Counted from the first letter of the stretch, positions 11,461 to 24,800 are shown. The stretch is DNA of 64,000 nucleotides from Pristiophorus japonicus (GCF_044704955.1 NC_091997.1:33046001-33110000), one strand, 5' to 3'. The notes: generated from the letters alone by a model not told the origin. Numbers and translations: made by a program.

Positions 11461-11896
11461 TCCGGGAAAGTTAGAGAAATTGTACTCAGGCAAAACAGAT
11501 AGAGTTATATCAACAATATCGACAGTTATTTTCCTCCAACGTTTACATTGTTTATAGTACACTGGAATTACGCGCGCCCAATCATCACAGTCAATACATG
11601 CTTCAAATTTAGTCTCCCAGAATTGACAGGCCGGTCTTATCTGTCTTATCAGAACCCAACTGTGTTGGAATTTAATTCCTCTTAAGTCGATTTCATAGAC
11701 TTTTGCACTGTAATGATATTAAAAGTAACAACAATGCATAGAATTATTAAAGAGAACACATGTATAACTGAGGTACAAACTGGCCAAATCATGTGCCATC
11801 CCCTCCCCCAATCCAAGCGAAGCAAATCACTATGGAAACAGTTTAGGGTTTAGCAAAGTACTTCTGCACTTATCTTGAGTGAGACATACTCAGCAT

Positions 11897-12940
11897 GCAA
11901 CAACAACTTGCATTTATGTAGCTCCTTTAACATAGCAAAACGTCCCAATGCGCTTCACAGGAGTGTTATCAAAGTTTAACACCAAGCCACATAAGAAGAT
12001 ATCAGGGCAGATGACCAAAAGCTTGGTCAAAGAGGTAGGTTATAAGGAGCGTGTTAAAGAGGAAAGAGAGGTAGGGAGGTGGAGAGGTTTAAAAGAAAGA
12101 AAGAAAATAATTTTTATAGCGCCTTTCATGACCACCTGTCGTCTCAAAGCGCTTTACAACCAATTAAGTACTTTTGGAGTGTAGACACTGTTGTAATGTG
12201 GGAAGGAATTCCCGAGCTTGGGGCCGAGGCACGGCCACCAATGGTGGAGTGACTGAAATCGGGGACGCTTAAGAGGCCAGAATTAGAGTGGCGCAGAGAT
12301 CTCGGAGGGTTGTAGGGCTGGAGGAGATTACAGAGATAGGGTGAGGCGAGGCCTTGGAGGAATTTGAAAACAAAGTTGATAATTGTAAAATCTTAGCCAG
12401 GAGACATTGCAGATCAGTGAACACAGGGGTGATGGATGGATGGGACTTGGTGCGAGTTAGGACATGGGCAGCAGAGTTTTGGATGTGCTCAAAGTTTATG
12501 GATGGTAGAACATGGGAGGCCAGCCGGAAGTGCATTGGAATAGTGAAGTCTAGAGGTAACAAAGTCACAGATGAGGGCTTCAGCAGCAGATGAGCTGAGG
12601 CAGGGGAAAAGTTGGTGATGTTACCGAGATGGAAATAGGCGATCTTAGTGATGGCACAGATGTATGATTGGAAGCCCATCTCGGGTCAAATATGACGCCA
12701 AGATTGCAAGGAGTCTGGTTCAGCCTCAGGCAGTTGCCAGGGAGAGGGTTGGTGGCTATGGAACGGGGGTTGCAGCGGGGATCAAAGACAATGGCTTCGG
12801 CCTTCCCAATATTTAGTTGGAGGAAACTTCTGCTCATCCAGTACTGGATATCAGGAAAGCAGTCTGTCAATTTAGAGAGAGTGGAGGCATCGGTAGAGGT
12901 CTGGTGAGGTAGAGCTGGGTGTCATCAGTCTACGTGGGGA
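11897..12940 (-). mobile_element. L2-type LINE 3' portion
   Basis: Tail CAACAACAACTTGCATTTATGTAGC at the left end. Minus-strand peptides DIQYWMSRSFLQLNIGKAEAIVF, NLGVIFD and IQNSAAHVLTRTKSHPSITPV are typical of L2 ORF2. Confidence 0.85.
12091..12205 (-). mobile_element. Truncated SINE 3' end with (TTTC)n tail, nested in the L2 element
   Basis: AAAGAAAGAAAG...ATAGCGCCTTTCATGACCACCTGTCGTCTCAAAGCGCTTTACA interrupts the L2. A close copy lies at 29058-29167. Confidence 0.7.
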
Positions 12941-12944
12941 AACA

Positions 12945-13080
12945 GCATGCAGTCAGCTGTGCAAAGTCGTCCCTAACATACTTACACCATATTTCGAGCA
13001 TGTACCCAGCATGTGCCCGATATGCACTGAGCATGCAGCCAGCATGTACCCGACATGTACTGAGCATGCAGCCAGCATGG
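12945..13080. repeat. Degenerate 11-bp minisatellite (CATGTACCCAG-like)
   Basis: Tandem units CATGTACCCAG/CATGTGCCCGA/CATGCAGCCAG/CATGTACTGAG. Confidence 0.75.
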
Positions 13081-13480
13081 CCTTGGTGTCATATTTGGCT
13101 CTGAGGTGAGCTTCTGACCACATATCAGCACCATCAATAAAATCGACTATTCCATCTCTGTAGCATCACCAGACTCTGCTGCTGCCTCAGCCCATCCACT
13201 GCTGAAACCCTCAGCCATGCCTCTTTACCTCGAGACTTCACTATTCCAACGCACCCCTGGCCGGCCTCCCACATTCTACCCTGCATAAACTTGTGATCAT
13301 CTAAAACTCTGCTGTCCATGTCCGAATTCGCATTAAGTCCTATTCACCCACCAACCCCTGTGCTCGCTGACCTGCATTGGCTCCTTTTAAAATTCTCATC
13401 CTTGTTTTTAAATTCCTGCATGGCCTCGCCCCTCTCTATCGCTGTAACATTGTCCAGGCCCACAACCATCTGAGATAGCT
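13081..13480 (+). mobile_element. L2-type LINE fragment, inverted relative to the 11897-12940 copy
   Basis: CCTTGGTGTCATATTTGGCTCTGAGGTGAGCTTC... is homologous to the reverse complement of about 12270-12710. Confidence 0.75.
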
Positions 13481-13486
13481 TCATGT

Positions 13487-13710
13487 GCCTAACATGTATG
13501 CATTATGTACCTAATGTTGAGCCAATATGCAGCTGGCATGGATGCTGCATATACATGGTATGTACCTAGCCTGTTCTCGCCATGTCCCCGCCAAGTATTC
13601 GCAATGAACCCAGCATTTCCATGCAATGCACCTAACATGCACCCAGCGTGTACCCAGTATAACTTGGCATGTACCCAGTACGTATCCAACATGTGCCCAG
13701 CGTGTATTCA
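13487..13710. repeat. Continuation of the degenerate 11-bp CATG minisatellite
   Basis: Units such as CATGTACCCAG, CATGCACCCAG and CATGTGCCCAG. Confidence 0.7.
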
Positions 13711-15004
13711 GCGCTCGTCCCTCTGTCTCTATCTCTCTCCAGCTCTGTGTCTGTCTTTGTTTATTTATCCACCGCACTTTTGTCTCTCTGTCTGTCGATC
13801 TACCGCTCTCTCTCTAACGCAAGAGAAGTTCGACTAAAATCCCCAAATGGAAAAAAAAGAGACCAACGTGAAGACATGATGCGAATTGTGACTTTGGTAG
13901 ATATCGGGTGGAACACGACTTCTCTGTCTCTCCTTGTTAAGTTAAACGAATATTTGAATTTATCTTATTTCTTCTTTCGACTAAAAGTTACTGAATGTTC
14001 GAAGGCCAAACCGGGCAGTCACAACTTCACGCGAAGGTGGAGGATCGGCATTTATCTATTCCCAGAATACATAGGAACCCGAGCGGCCATGTTAACCCCA
14101 CGACACAACCCCGCAAAATGAAACAAGCCAGACCTGATTTCCGTGTGGGGGGCAATTTGTTACTTTCAACTTCCTTAATACATACCCTAGAACTAGGAGA
14201 GGTTAGGGGGTTTATTGGTGAGAAATATGCAGACCGTTTGTCCAGATGTGCGCCTCACGGGGAGGGAATGATTGTTTACATTGAAGTTTAAAAAAAGATA
14301 AGATATATTTTCTACATTCTATCCTGTCATTTCTTGTTTGCATCGATTTTTCCAACGCTCTCGCTATAACTATCATTGTAGTTATGATAAACTTATTTCT
14401 CCTGTACGTCCCATTTGCAATGCTGCCTGTGTGACCATAAAACAAGCTTTAGATTATTTCTCGACCACCGCTTTGATAGGAAGGCAAACACCAGCCTCTG
14501 GTTGGCAATTCTGATTTTTGTCTCTCATCTGTTATTGTTTCCTTCTTCCGCTCTCTCTCCCTCTCTCTCACATACACACTCTCTCTCCCCCCGGTCGCTC
14601 TCTCTCTCTTCCCTTCCCTTCTTTTCCACGCCTTTTTTCCGCCTTCCTCTTCTCACCTACATTCCCTGCCTCGGTCTGTCTGTCTCTCCGCCCTTTTCCA
14701 GCCTCGCTGCCGGCTGGATATTTAAAGCAGAAACGGCACCAATGCTAACGGTTTTTACCCAAAATGCTAACATTTTTTCTCTTAGCAGTTGCTGCGCGAT
14801 TCGCGGTATGTGTCTGTTTGTCCCCTGTTTACCTCCTCACTGCCTCCCTCTTCCTCTCCATGTCTTGCTGTTCTTCATCTTTCTGTCCCCCTTTATTCTT
14901 TCCCTTCTCGCTTTTTTTTTATCGCCCCTCTCTTTCTCTCTGCCTCTTTCTCAGCAAACGCTGATGTTTTAAGTGCCCCCCAACCCTTCTGGTCTAATAA
15001 GCAC

Positions 15005-15053
15005 TGCCTTTGAACTTCCGTCAGGTCAAGGTCACCTTTGACCCCGGGGTCAA
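15005..15053. promoter_or_regulatory. Cluster of nuclear-receptor half-sites (candidate enhancer)
   Basis: TGCCTTTGAACT 15005-15016; AGGTCA-AGGTCA (DR0) 15023-15034; minus-strand GGGTCA-A-AGGTGA (DR1) 15032-15044; perfect palindrome TTGACCCCGGGGTCAA 15038-15053. Confidence 0.5.
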
Positions 15054-18000
15054 GACAAACACATTCCACGACAGCTCAAACTTCCAAACATCGCTCCGGC
15101 AACAGATCAGTTTCACGATCTGTTAATGGCTGCCAGCAACCTCAGAGCTGAAACAAAGTATAAGAGGGGTTCAAACTTGGCGCTCCTCCCCCCTCTCGCC
15201 CCCTGTCGACAGAAAGTGAATCTATTTAGCAACCAGTTCCGTGGATGCTGGCCGTTCCACGGTGTGACGGAGTTAATGTTCTGTAACCTTGCCACGCTGC
15301 ACCAATAACAGGCAACAACCGTCGCCATGGCTACAGTTATATTTCACTGAACTTTAATAACATTTTGACGACTCATTTTGCAATGAGCCTCCCTTGGCAT
15401 AAATCCGACTGGCCAAACGAGCTGGAAAGTACACACAGCCCCGACTTCACATAAATATAACAGCTTCCTAAGTAGAGCTAAATTGTAACGGCGGGCAATC
15501 TGCATAATGCGCAGGATGGCGCAATCATCGCCCAGCCCTAATAGCAGTAATATTGTGCTATAAAATCTGCAGCGCGCATACGAACGAGGAGAGGAACGAG
15601 CGCAGATTCGACGGGTTCTGTTCATTGAGGGACTGAAGGACTGTCGCCCTGAAACAACGAATGAGAGTGGTGCTGGTGGGGGGAACCCTAAAGATACAGT
15701 AGGATTCTGACAGGTGAGTGAGTGCATGTTCCTGGTGGTCTGGCAATGGCGGGATTCTTGAACGTCACGCTTTGGGCCTTGATCGTACATTATTGAAGAT
15801 TGTCGCTCGCAAGTTCAAGAATAATACATCAGACAAACTAACGGCAGATGCCAAACCACATGTAAAAAGGATAGGTCCCCCCGAAAATCAGACTCCTCCC
15901 GCCCCCTCTTATCTCGGGGTCTAACCCCTTCGTTGTATTTACAGAATTCCAATGCAGCAATATAATTTCCCGGGAATCCCCCGCTTCGCATTTACCCCCG
16001 AGTTAAGATTTGGTTCCGCAGTCTCACATCGGTGTAATCCAGTGTAAATATTCGAGCAAATGTCGCCGGATCTGTGTTGATCTGGGCGTCTTTCTTCCGT
16101 CTCATTGAGAGGTGGTTGGGGAACACCTGAATATAGAATACCCACGCTCATTATTTTAGATTCCCGCCTTCATAACGAGCTGGATTCACATCTAGCGCTA
16201 TAAGTTTAGTTTCGGTTTAATGCGCAGTTTGCCGTTAATCTGTGCTGTGTTTATAAACAAATACTGCTTTTGTCTATTGGATTGTTGAGTTCTATTGTTT
16301 GTTTCTGCTCCCAGGATTTGGATTATTTTTGAATTGTTGCAACAAATGTTGCTTTTACTTCGTTCAATTTCTGATTTACTTGTGTCAGGGACTGATCACT
16401 TGGCGTGATTCTAGAATGTGGTCTTGTGTTCAGTGTGGCGGGAGTTTTAGTTATTCTGATGCAGAAAAAGAAAGGTGTGAAGAAACTTGATGACTTTGAA
16501 AAGATTTCGACTCTCGTCCTGACTTTGAGTTTCAGATGACTCCCTTTGGAAGAAATATCTCCTGCCTCACTCAGTCACGATTTCAAGTTTGCAATAACGC
16601 TTTAGTTCAAGGGAACGCATGACATTAGTGTCGATCGCAATGCAGAGACCATTACCCAGCATTATTTCCCCTGAAAGGATAAATCACTTCAAGTTAAATT
16701 ACTAATTATGATAATGCTGCTTGATACCCGGTTTCATTTTCATGATAATCCAACTGCTTCGTAGATGTTATACAAGGAAAAATGTGCAGACTTAAGATTT
16801 TTCTAATCAGTGATGTAGCCTTTTTTTGTTTATTTGTTCACTACCTTAAAGCAACAGGAAGGCTAGTCTGGGAGTTGGAAGTGGCTAATTGGAAAAGCAG
16901 TAAAGAATGGAAGACAGGTTAATGCACAATGATCTTTCAAAGTGGCATATATATTCCGACCTGCTTATGCTGTAACTCAAAACTGTATGAATACGACATC
17001 AATCATGTTCCCCTGATAGGAAGGCCCAGCAATTATTGAACAGTTCGCAGACAAACTTTCAACCCAGAGTTTAAAAAACAACTCGACGGTTAGTCTATAA
17101 TATATAAAAAGACAATCTCTTCAGTATAGTGGCCGCCTTTTCTCTCTATTCTAAATTGATGCAAGATTTAAAACAAATAAAAACACGATAGAGCAATGAA
17201 AAGACACCAACGTGAGTTTTGTTCCTTAAAATTAACTATTAGTGTAGTATGTTGGCCGCTTCATTTGTTATTTCATTTCACAATTACACTAACCAGGCAT
17301 GATCTAAATCGTTGAAGTTCAATTTTAAAATATTTTAGACTGTGACGTGCAATATGAAGTTTAACTTTGTTAGTGCATCTTAATGCTACAAATAAAACTA
17401 CGGAAAAATAGCTATGTTATTTTAGCCTTGAATTTAGTCTCAAGACAGTCACATAAAGGCCAAGTTCCCGTTAGGCCCATTTGTGGAGCAACACCGACCT
17501 CACGTGGCAATCTGAATTATTACAGCGGCGGCTTGTATTTTTCCAGTTAGCACAGTGCTGTATAAACATACGAAGAAAAGACTGTTTCGTTACTGAGACA
17601 ATTGGTACAAGAATCTCCAATTTTCGAAGACCTATTGTTCGCAAATATTAATTATCCATAGATCTTTCACCCTCTAAATGGATGAATACTTCGCAGAGTC
17701 AGTGCAAACTCGTCTGCTTTATACCACCGTTATGATGTGCCTCCTCTACTTTTTCAAAGATTAGCCCAACATGTGAGTGTATATTAACAGATATTATTGC
17801 AATATTAACAGGGATACACAGATTATTAAACACTTTATTTTGTGAGTAAAAATCGGATTTATTTTATGAAATCAGTATAAGCTATTGAATCTGGAATAAC
17901 CCATTTATAAATAGTATTTTTCCGATGCTAAGTTGGAAGGGAAAAATGGGGAAAAGTACTGCGGGTCTGAAAAGCATATGTTGGCACTATATCTTCCGAA

Positions 18001-19232
18001 ACCCCATAGGAAAATTCTTAGTAATCGCTTAATAAAATTGTCCCAGCTTGTGGAGGAACCCACCATCCCACAGTATAAGTGATCCTTCATTTTCGAACAA
18101 TGTAACAACGTTTAATAATTCTACAGCGCGACCAAAGATAGTTTCCTTGAGACAAGTTTTCCATTTATTTTTGTTCGCTGAAATAGTTGTATCTTTATTT
18201 AGGTTCTGGTTTAGGTTTTTTTTTAAAGTTGTTTTGTGCAAATATGTGTTTGCAGCACCAAGGATTCAATAGAAAGCCATTTATAATTTATGAAAGTTTA
18301 GCAAATACTCATAAGATTCCTGCGGTTGCGGGTATATAGAGCGACTTGTTATTCCAAGTTCGGGTTGTTATTCGCAACTTTGATGTAAATTCAAAGTCGG
18401 CGAGCTATTGGGGAGAAAACGCCAAGTTTTACTTACAAATAATTGATTTAGATAAAACATTATATAAAGCGCGAGCTTGGAATCAGTTGAAAGAAATAAA
18501 AATCGTGGCATTCGTTGCATTATGCACGGAGGGTTTCCTCCACAAGCTTTGTCGAGATAAAATAGTGTTTTTGGTAAGGGTTTAAAGCTGTGTTTGATAT
18601 GGAATTGTAGACGCAATCTCTCTATATTTCTATTTAAGTCTTCTCGGCCTGATCAAACAGACAATACAGGCGAGTAAAAAAATCCATTTAAACTTTATTT
18701 AAACTTCAACTGAAATGCAAAATTGTAATTTTCATGCGGCAATAACAATAATAGTAATTAAAGTCAGGATGTTAATTATAAATCATTTACATGTCGTTTT
18801 AAGATCTCAAACGTCGCTAAATGTAATCAGATTTATTAATGAAAAGAAGCCAAAAATTAACTTCTGATCTGCAGGTGTTCCGATTATATATTTTTTCCCC
18901 TATTACAAACGGAAATACACCGCACTTACAGTGGCTGCAGAATTATGCCTCTATGTGACTGGCAATAAGTTATTTGTTGAGAAATGGAAAATCAGATTTC
19001 CATTATGCTATTCCATTTTTTTTTAAACAGTCACAAGCGATTCTTGTTTACATTTAGAAAATAGATTAAAATATGACTGTTCGAGTGACTGAATGTCAGC
19101 AACAGGAGCCGCCAATGTCAAAGTCAGTGTTTGGAGAGCCGCGAGAAAGAAAGGCAAAATCTTGAAAAGCATACCCGCTAGGAAAGAAAGTAGGAGCCGA
19201 GTAAGTGTAATTCTGGTGATCCTGTTTGATGT

Positions 19233-19493
19233 NNNNNNNNNNNNNNNNNNNNNNNNNNNNNNNNNNNNNNNNNNNNNNNNNNNNNNNNNNNNNNNNNNNN
19301 NNNNNNNNNNNNNNNNNNNNNNNNNNNNNNNNNNNNNNNNNNNNNNNNNNNNNNNNNNNNNNNNNNNNNNNNNNNNNNNNNNNNNNNNNNNNNNNNNNNN
19401 NNNNNNNNNNNNNNNNNNNNNNNNNNNNNNNNNNNNNNNNNNNNNNNNNNNNNNNNNNNNNNNNNNNNNNNNNNNNNNNNNNNNNNNNNNNNN
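19233..19493. other. Assembly gap
   Basis: Run of N. Confidence 1.
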
Positions 19494-20562
19494 TACTGGT
19501 TAGAGTTGCGATCTTTTTGGAATGTTTCTAAAATAGCGTGACCTTCCAGCGGCGGTAAGAGGGTTGAGGCAAAATCGAGATCAGCATATCATCGATGTGG
19601 ATTAACTAGGAAAGCAAGCAAGGTAGTATCCTCGCGAGGGTAAACACGCGAACTCATAAAAGATTTCTTCTTCGACTAATCTTGGCACCTTCCCAAGCGA
19701 GGCACATGGTCAGAGAGCAATAAATGTACTGTACAGTCCGCAAGCATCAACCACAGGCCACTGGATGGATTTATTTCAACCAATAATAAGTGAGAAACGT
19801 TGGCTGTAGTGGACGCTCCGGTGTCTCTGTTGTATAATAGACAGCGCGGAATCTGGGTTAGTGATGGTCAGATAACAAAATGTAATTTACTGAAAATGTG
19901 TTATTTTAAAGGATGGCCACATTAACTGCGAAATTTCATTTGATTTCTAATCGTCAGACTCAATATTTCATTTAGAGATGTTATTTTTCAACCTCAGGAA
20001 CTCTGTACAGATCCTCGTCAAATCCGATTTTTTAAAAAAGTATAAATAATTTTAAAATTCGATTACAATCCAACTTGGAACATTGTGGAGTTCAGGAAGG
20101 AGGGGTAAGTTTAGTGTTTGGGAACATTTATTATAGTATTAAAGTTTGTTTGTTACTACCTTGTTATTAAACGAAGGCAAACGGTCCAAGTATTGCTTTT
20201 GCGGGTTTAGAGTTTCTCTGTTTATTGCAGTGGAGGATTATGCGAAGCAGATTTGTTCTATTTCTGAAGGAATCCCGAGGAGTCTTGAAGTCTGCAGAAC
20301 CTGGACCTTGAGGGGATTTTAGAGTGGATACATGGATGGCTGGATTTGATTTAGTTTAGAAATCTAGATGCAGGAAAAAAGAGACAGATCTTGAACAGAT
20401 TCAGAGAAAAGAGGTGACCAGGGTGGCGATGGTTTCTCGATATAAAGTTTGGATTTTACATGCTTGCATTTTGAATGAGAATAAGGGATCCTGTGAAGCA
20501 ACGAGTGAAAGAGGGAGACGGGGGGCTGAGAGAAGGGAAATGATGACATCATCTTCAACTTG

Positions 20563-20921
20563 NNNNNNNNNNNNNNNNNNNNNNNNNNNNNNNNNNNNNN
20601 NNNNNNNNNNNNNNNNNNNNNNNNNNNNNNNNNNNNNNNNNNNNNNNNNNNNNNNNNNNNNNNNNNNNNNNNNNNNNNNNNNNNNNNNNNNNNNNNNNNN
20701 NNNNNNNNNNNNNNNNNNNNNNNNNNNNNNNNNNNNNNNNNNNNNNNNNNNNNNNNNNNNNNNNNNNNNNNNNNNNNNNNNNNNNNNNNNNNNNNNNNNN
20801 NNNNNNNNNNNNNNNNNNNNNNNNNNNNNNNNNNNNNNNNNNNNNNNNNNNNNNNNNNNNNNNNNNNNNNNNNNNNNNNNNNNNNNNNNNNNNNNNNNNN
20901 NNNNNNNNNNNNNNNNNNNNN
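20563..20921. other. Assembly gap
   Basis: Run of N. Confidence 1.
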
Positions 20922-21789
20922 AACTGAGTTTGATTCATGCTGTCAATAAAGACACAATGAGCACGGAGTTGAAATGCATGGGGTTTTATATTTGATTGTT
21001 GTGTCTGCGGTTGGCCGTAAGCCGATGTGTTTCCAGAGACATGTTCTGTCGGGAGGTAGACACTTGGAGGATTGTGTGATGTCTTTTATCGTTGTTTTGT
21101 TTCCTGGCCTGTGTCTCCTTTCAGTCACCGCGCCCTGCCCTATGTGAGATTCCGATATTAACTATAAACTACAAGAGGCGAAGCGCAGGGTCTAGCTTCG
21201 CCCCCCTGTAAGTTTCTGCAATTTTAAACTTAATTTGAACTCCTAGCCACAGAGCTTTAGATTGATTCCAACCGAGTCTGTGTGGAAGACTGATCATTGA
21301 TGAAGTTGCGGCGAAAGTATATCAGAGATGCAGAAATATCCCAGGAAATTGACTGCGCGTTCTGGAATTAAATGTATCTCCGCTTCAACATTGTTTTTTC
21401 AGTTAGAAAAGTATAACCTATAATAGGCGCGCACTCCGAGGTGAAATGTACCTGATTCCTGTGAGGAAATAATGTAATTTTCATTGTGTTTTAACTGTTG
21501 ATATGGGAGCGTGTATAAAAAAGATCGCAGGTTGTCGGTTAGTAACAAATAAGAAAAGGTATTGCCCGCTCTCTGTGACCACTGCACACCGACACGAGCT
21601 GATTTTACACCGATGTGACTTTCTATCCTGACCGTCAGTTTTGTGACATAGAACGGGCGAATTTCCTTGTTGCCCATTTGCCAAGAAGAAACATAGAATT
21701 AATGGAATAGGAAAAGCCTAAAAGTGTTTAACATTTCAATGCCAATGTTAATATATGTCTCCATATATATCCAAGGAATCGCATCACAT

Positions 21790-21856
21790 TCACCGAAGCG
21801 TGTTGGGACCATTTTGTGGTGTTAAAGGACGCTGTACAAAAGCAAGTTGCTGTTGC
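21790..21856 (+). mobile_element. Old SINE/L2-type 3' tail relic
   Basis: GAAGCGTGTTGGGACCATTTTGTGGTGTTAAAGGACGCTGTACAAAAGCAAGTTGCTGTTG resembles the tail at 9800-9866. Confidence 0.55.
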
Positions 21857-24800
21857 TATTTTACATTCGATAATATATACACATACTAATCTCACCGGTA
21901 TATCGAGCCAATGTATAAACCTGTTCTTAGTGGGGCCGCTCAGAGTTTAAAACTTTCTTTCGCGAATACATTTGAACGAAAGCGAACGAAAGAGTAAGCG
22001 TGAGAGAGAAAGAGAGAAAGAGAAAGCATCAGGCCATAACGACTAGTGTGTTCTGAACTCGGGGGTTTAACCAGTTTGGATTTAGAAGTTACGGTATTTA
22101 GTTTTTCAATACTGAACTTGATTAACAAGGGAGCTATAAAGCCTGCAGTAGTTCCAACTAACTTTGTTTTGCAGTTAAGAGAGTATGACTGGTTAACTAT
22201 TTTTGTTGCCCATCTTATTATTGTAGCATCACGGAACAGAAATCAATAGTTTTGTGAAAGTTTCTAGAAATAAGTTGTATGAATTTTTCAAATGTAATTA
22301 GAGTCTTGACGCCATTTTGCCGTATATGCCCTGCTCACAAGGCGTAAGATTCTCCATCCTCCCTCTCCCCTACATCACCCGCCCCCCCCCCCCACCCCCA
22401 CCAAGGCCACTCTGATACTCTGTTAACGAGCCATTAATGAACCGCGTTTCGAATGTGGAGAAAAAATAATGTGACTCTTTCAAAAAGATTTCTTCACTTA
22501 AGTACAGCGTTGTGATTGTAATTCTTCCACAAACAATGACCGTGCAGGGTTCCTGGTGCTGCGGCTGTCACCTTTATTGTATAACTCTGATTTAAATATC
22601 TTGGAATTATATATGGCTCGGTTTCACCGAGCAGGCACCAGCATCGGAGACGGTTCTGCACTCAATGCAGCCTCGTGTTATGTTTTAATCGGCGCAGTAA
22701 TTCTTATCAGGAGCCCCTTGGAGTTCTGAAGGTTTGTGGGAGCTTGGCCTCATTGTAAATTTCAACATTATTTCGGGGTAAATAAAAGCCCGCACGAATC
22801 ACATAACACAAAAAGCTCTGTACAATAATGTCCTTTATGATGTAGCGTATGGTGTGTGTTACTTTGATAGTTTAACATCCCCAAGGACATTTTTAATGGA
22901 AAATGAATGTTGTTATTTTTTTTAAGGCAGCACATATATTTTCCGTCGATCGGCGAATCCTCACTGTTCAGCAGCGCATATATCAACATTGGACGGATAC
23001 GCTGTTTACCAAAGCCTTTGAGCAAGGATTACAGACAAATTTGTGTGCTAAACATTATGTTTTAAAGTTAAAGATACCAATGGAAAGTTGCTTACTGTGA
23101 AGATCGAATGGAGCAGGAGAAATATTTATAATTATATTGCGTATCAATTTGGCTGATCTCATTTTTGGGTGGGGCTCTTTTTACAAGCTCGCTAAAAAAA
23201 TATCTTAAATCTCACTGTGTTTTAATCAGTATTTTGTGCCTCTGAATTCAACTGTGCGTTCCAACCTCGTAGTGTCTATAAGCAGTTTTAAAAAGTGGAT
23301 CCAAATCCTTAATAAAATGTGAGAGCAGGAAATTCAGCCTCTAACAAACTCGTTCGTCATTATGCGAGAGTGTATGTCATCCATACAGGCAATATAGATT
23401 ATAAAATGTGGCCGGATTCTGTGTCTATCGAAACAGTTATGCAATGTTGTGCCTGTGTGTTTAGATAAGGAATAGAATGTAAATGAGGTTTCAGTCAATC
23501 GCTACATGCAACATGGGCTGCATACCTATTCAGAGATTTGCAAGTGTGTGTGTATCTATATTATAATTATTATATATTATATATAGTTCTGAGTTCTGCA
23601 TTTATATTCTCTGTTTATTTGCTATGTATGGGGTGGCGATGTCAGCTATTAACGTGCCCTGCTGGGAATTAGCCGCTAAGGTTTAAGTTTGATGTGCTTT
23701 ACTCAGACACTACACTCTACAAGGCCTTGATATATATAATTCCCCTCTCACCCCTTTAATCTGGTCTCTCTCCCACATGGAACTGCCTGCGCTTTCGATT
23801 GTGCCAGACGGGTGCCCAGAATACTGTACTCCAGGGTCTCGTTATAAGCAAGGAACGGGATAATCCCTCTGCTTATTCTCATCCAAGAGGGCTCTCAGTG
23901 ATTTCTGTAGAATTATTGCTGCAATTCGGGGCAGGAAAAAGTACCCCCACGCGTGTCCTGTCCACGTGGTAATAACATGCTACAATCTCCCATTGCCTTT
24001 CTGAAATATTACCCGGTTATGAATTGTAACTAAGTCCAGTTATGCACACAAAGGCGCTTTCATTTCAGTTTAGATGATATATTTCTCGGGGTGGATCGGG
24101 GCGGCAAGCGGTGTGAGAGTCGAATCGAATCCTATCTACACCCTAGTTCAATAACTGCAGCACATTAAGTTCCGATCGAATTTCCAACTCACATTGCTGA
24201 TTCGTTGGCGCTGCTCCCAGAGGATTAAATTATGTGCGGACTGTACAATTTTAACTTTAGTCGCGAAAGCAGATTTAATTGAGGTTGAAAAGCCAAATCT
24301 GTAGTTAGTTAGCCAGTTGTCAAAAAAAAATTGTCCCTATCTGTCATCGTCGGGATTTAAATCTTTTTTTGGCTCTTAAAATATTTACAGTTGGGAAGGT
24401 GAGGCCTCGTGAGGGATAGTATTTCAAAGTTCAAACTTTTATTTAATTGTTAATAAAGATTTTTTCAACTGGGGTGGCGCCTGTGAGTGAATTTGACAGA
24501 TTGAAAATATTTCACTCTCAGGAAAGAGACAACTTACATTCTTCAAAAAAAAAGTTTAGCCCAAACTGCTGTTTCAAAGACAATTTTGCACCGGAGATTT
24601 GGTCTCACTTGAAGACCTTGGGGGTGCATTAAGTTGGATTTAATGGTTATGTATAAACGGCCGAACGATTGGTCTCTTAATGTACAGCTCTACACAGATG
24701 TACTGCAGGCATGAGATGCATTTGTTTTAGAAAGATGTGTGTGTGTGTGTGTGTGTGCTGTGCATCGTACATAATATCCGCAGTTGGGGATTAATAAAAT

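Noticed and set aside
12945-13710. Repeat-spacer appearance (possible CRISPR-like array)
   Set aside because: Degenerate 11-bp tandem minisatellite in vertebrate DNA, with no constant repeats or unique spacers.
13489-14972. Several 100-185 aa ORFs (e.g. 13669-14121, 14415-14972)
   Set aside because: They run through the minisatellite and CT-rich low-complexity tracts and show no recognisable domain.
19093-20995. Long ORFs spanning N runs
   Set aside because: Artefacts of the assembly gaps.
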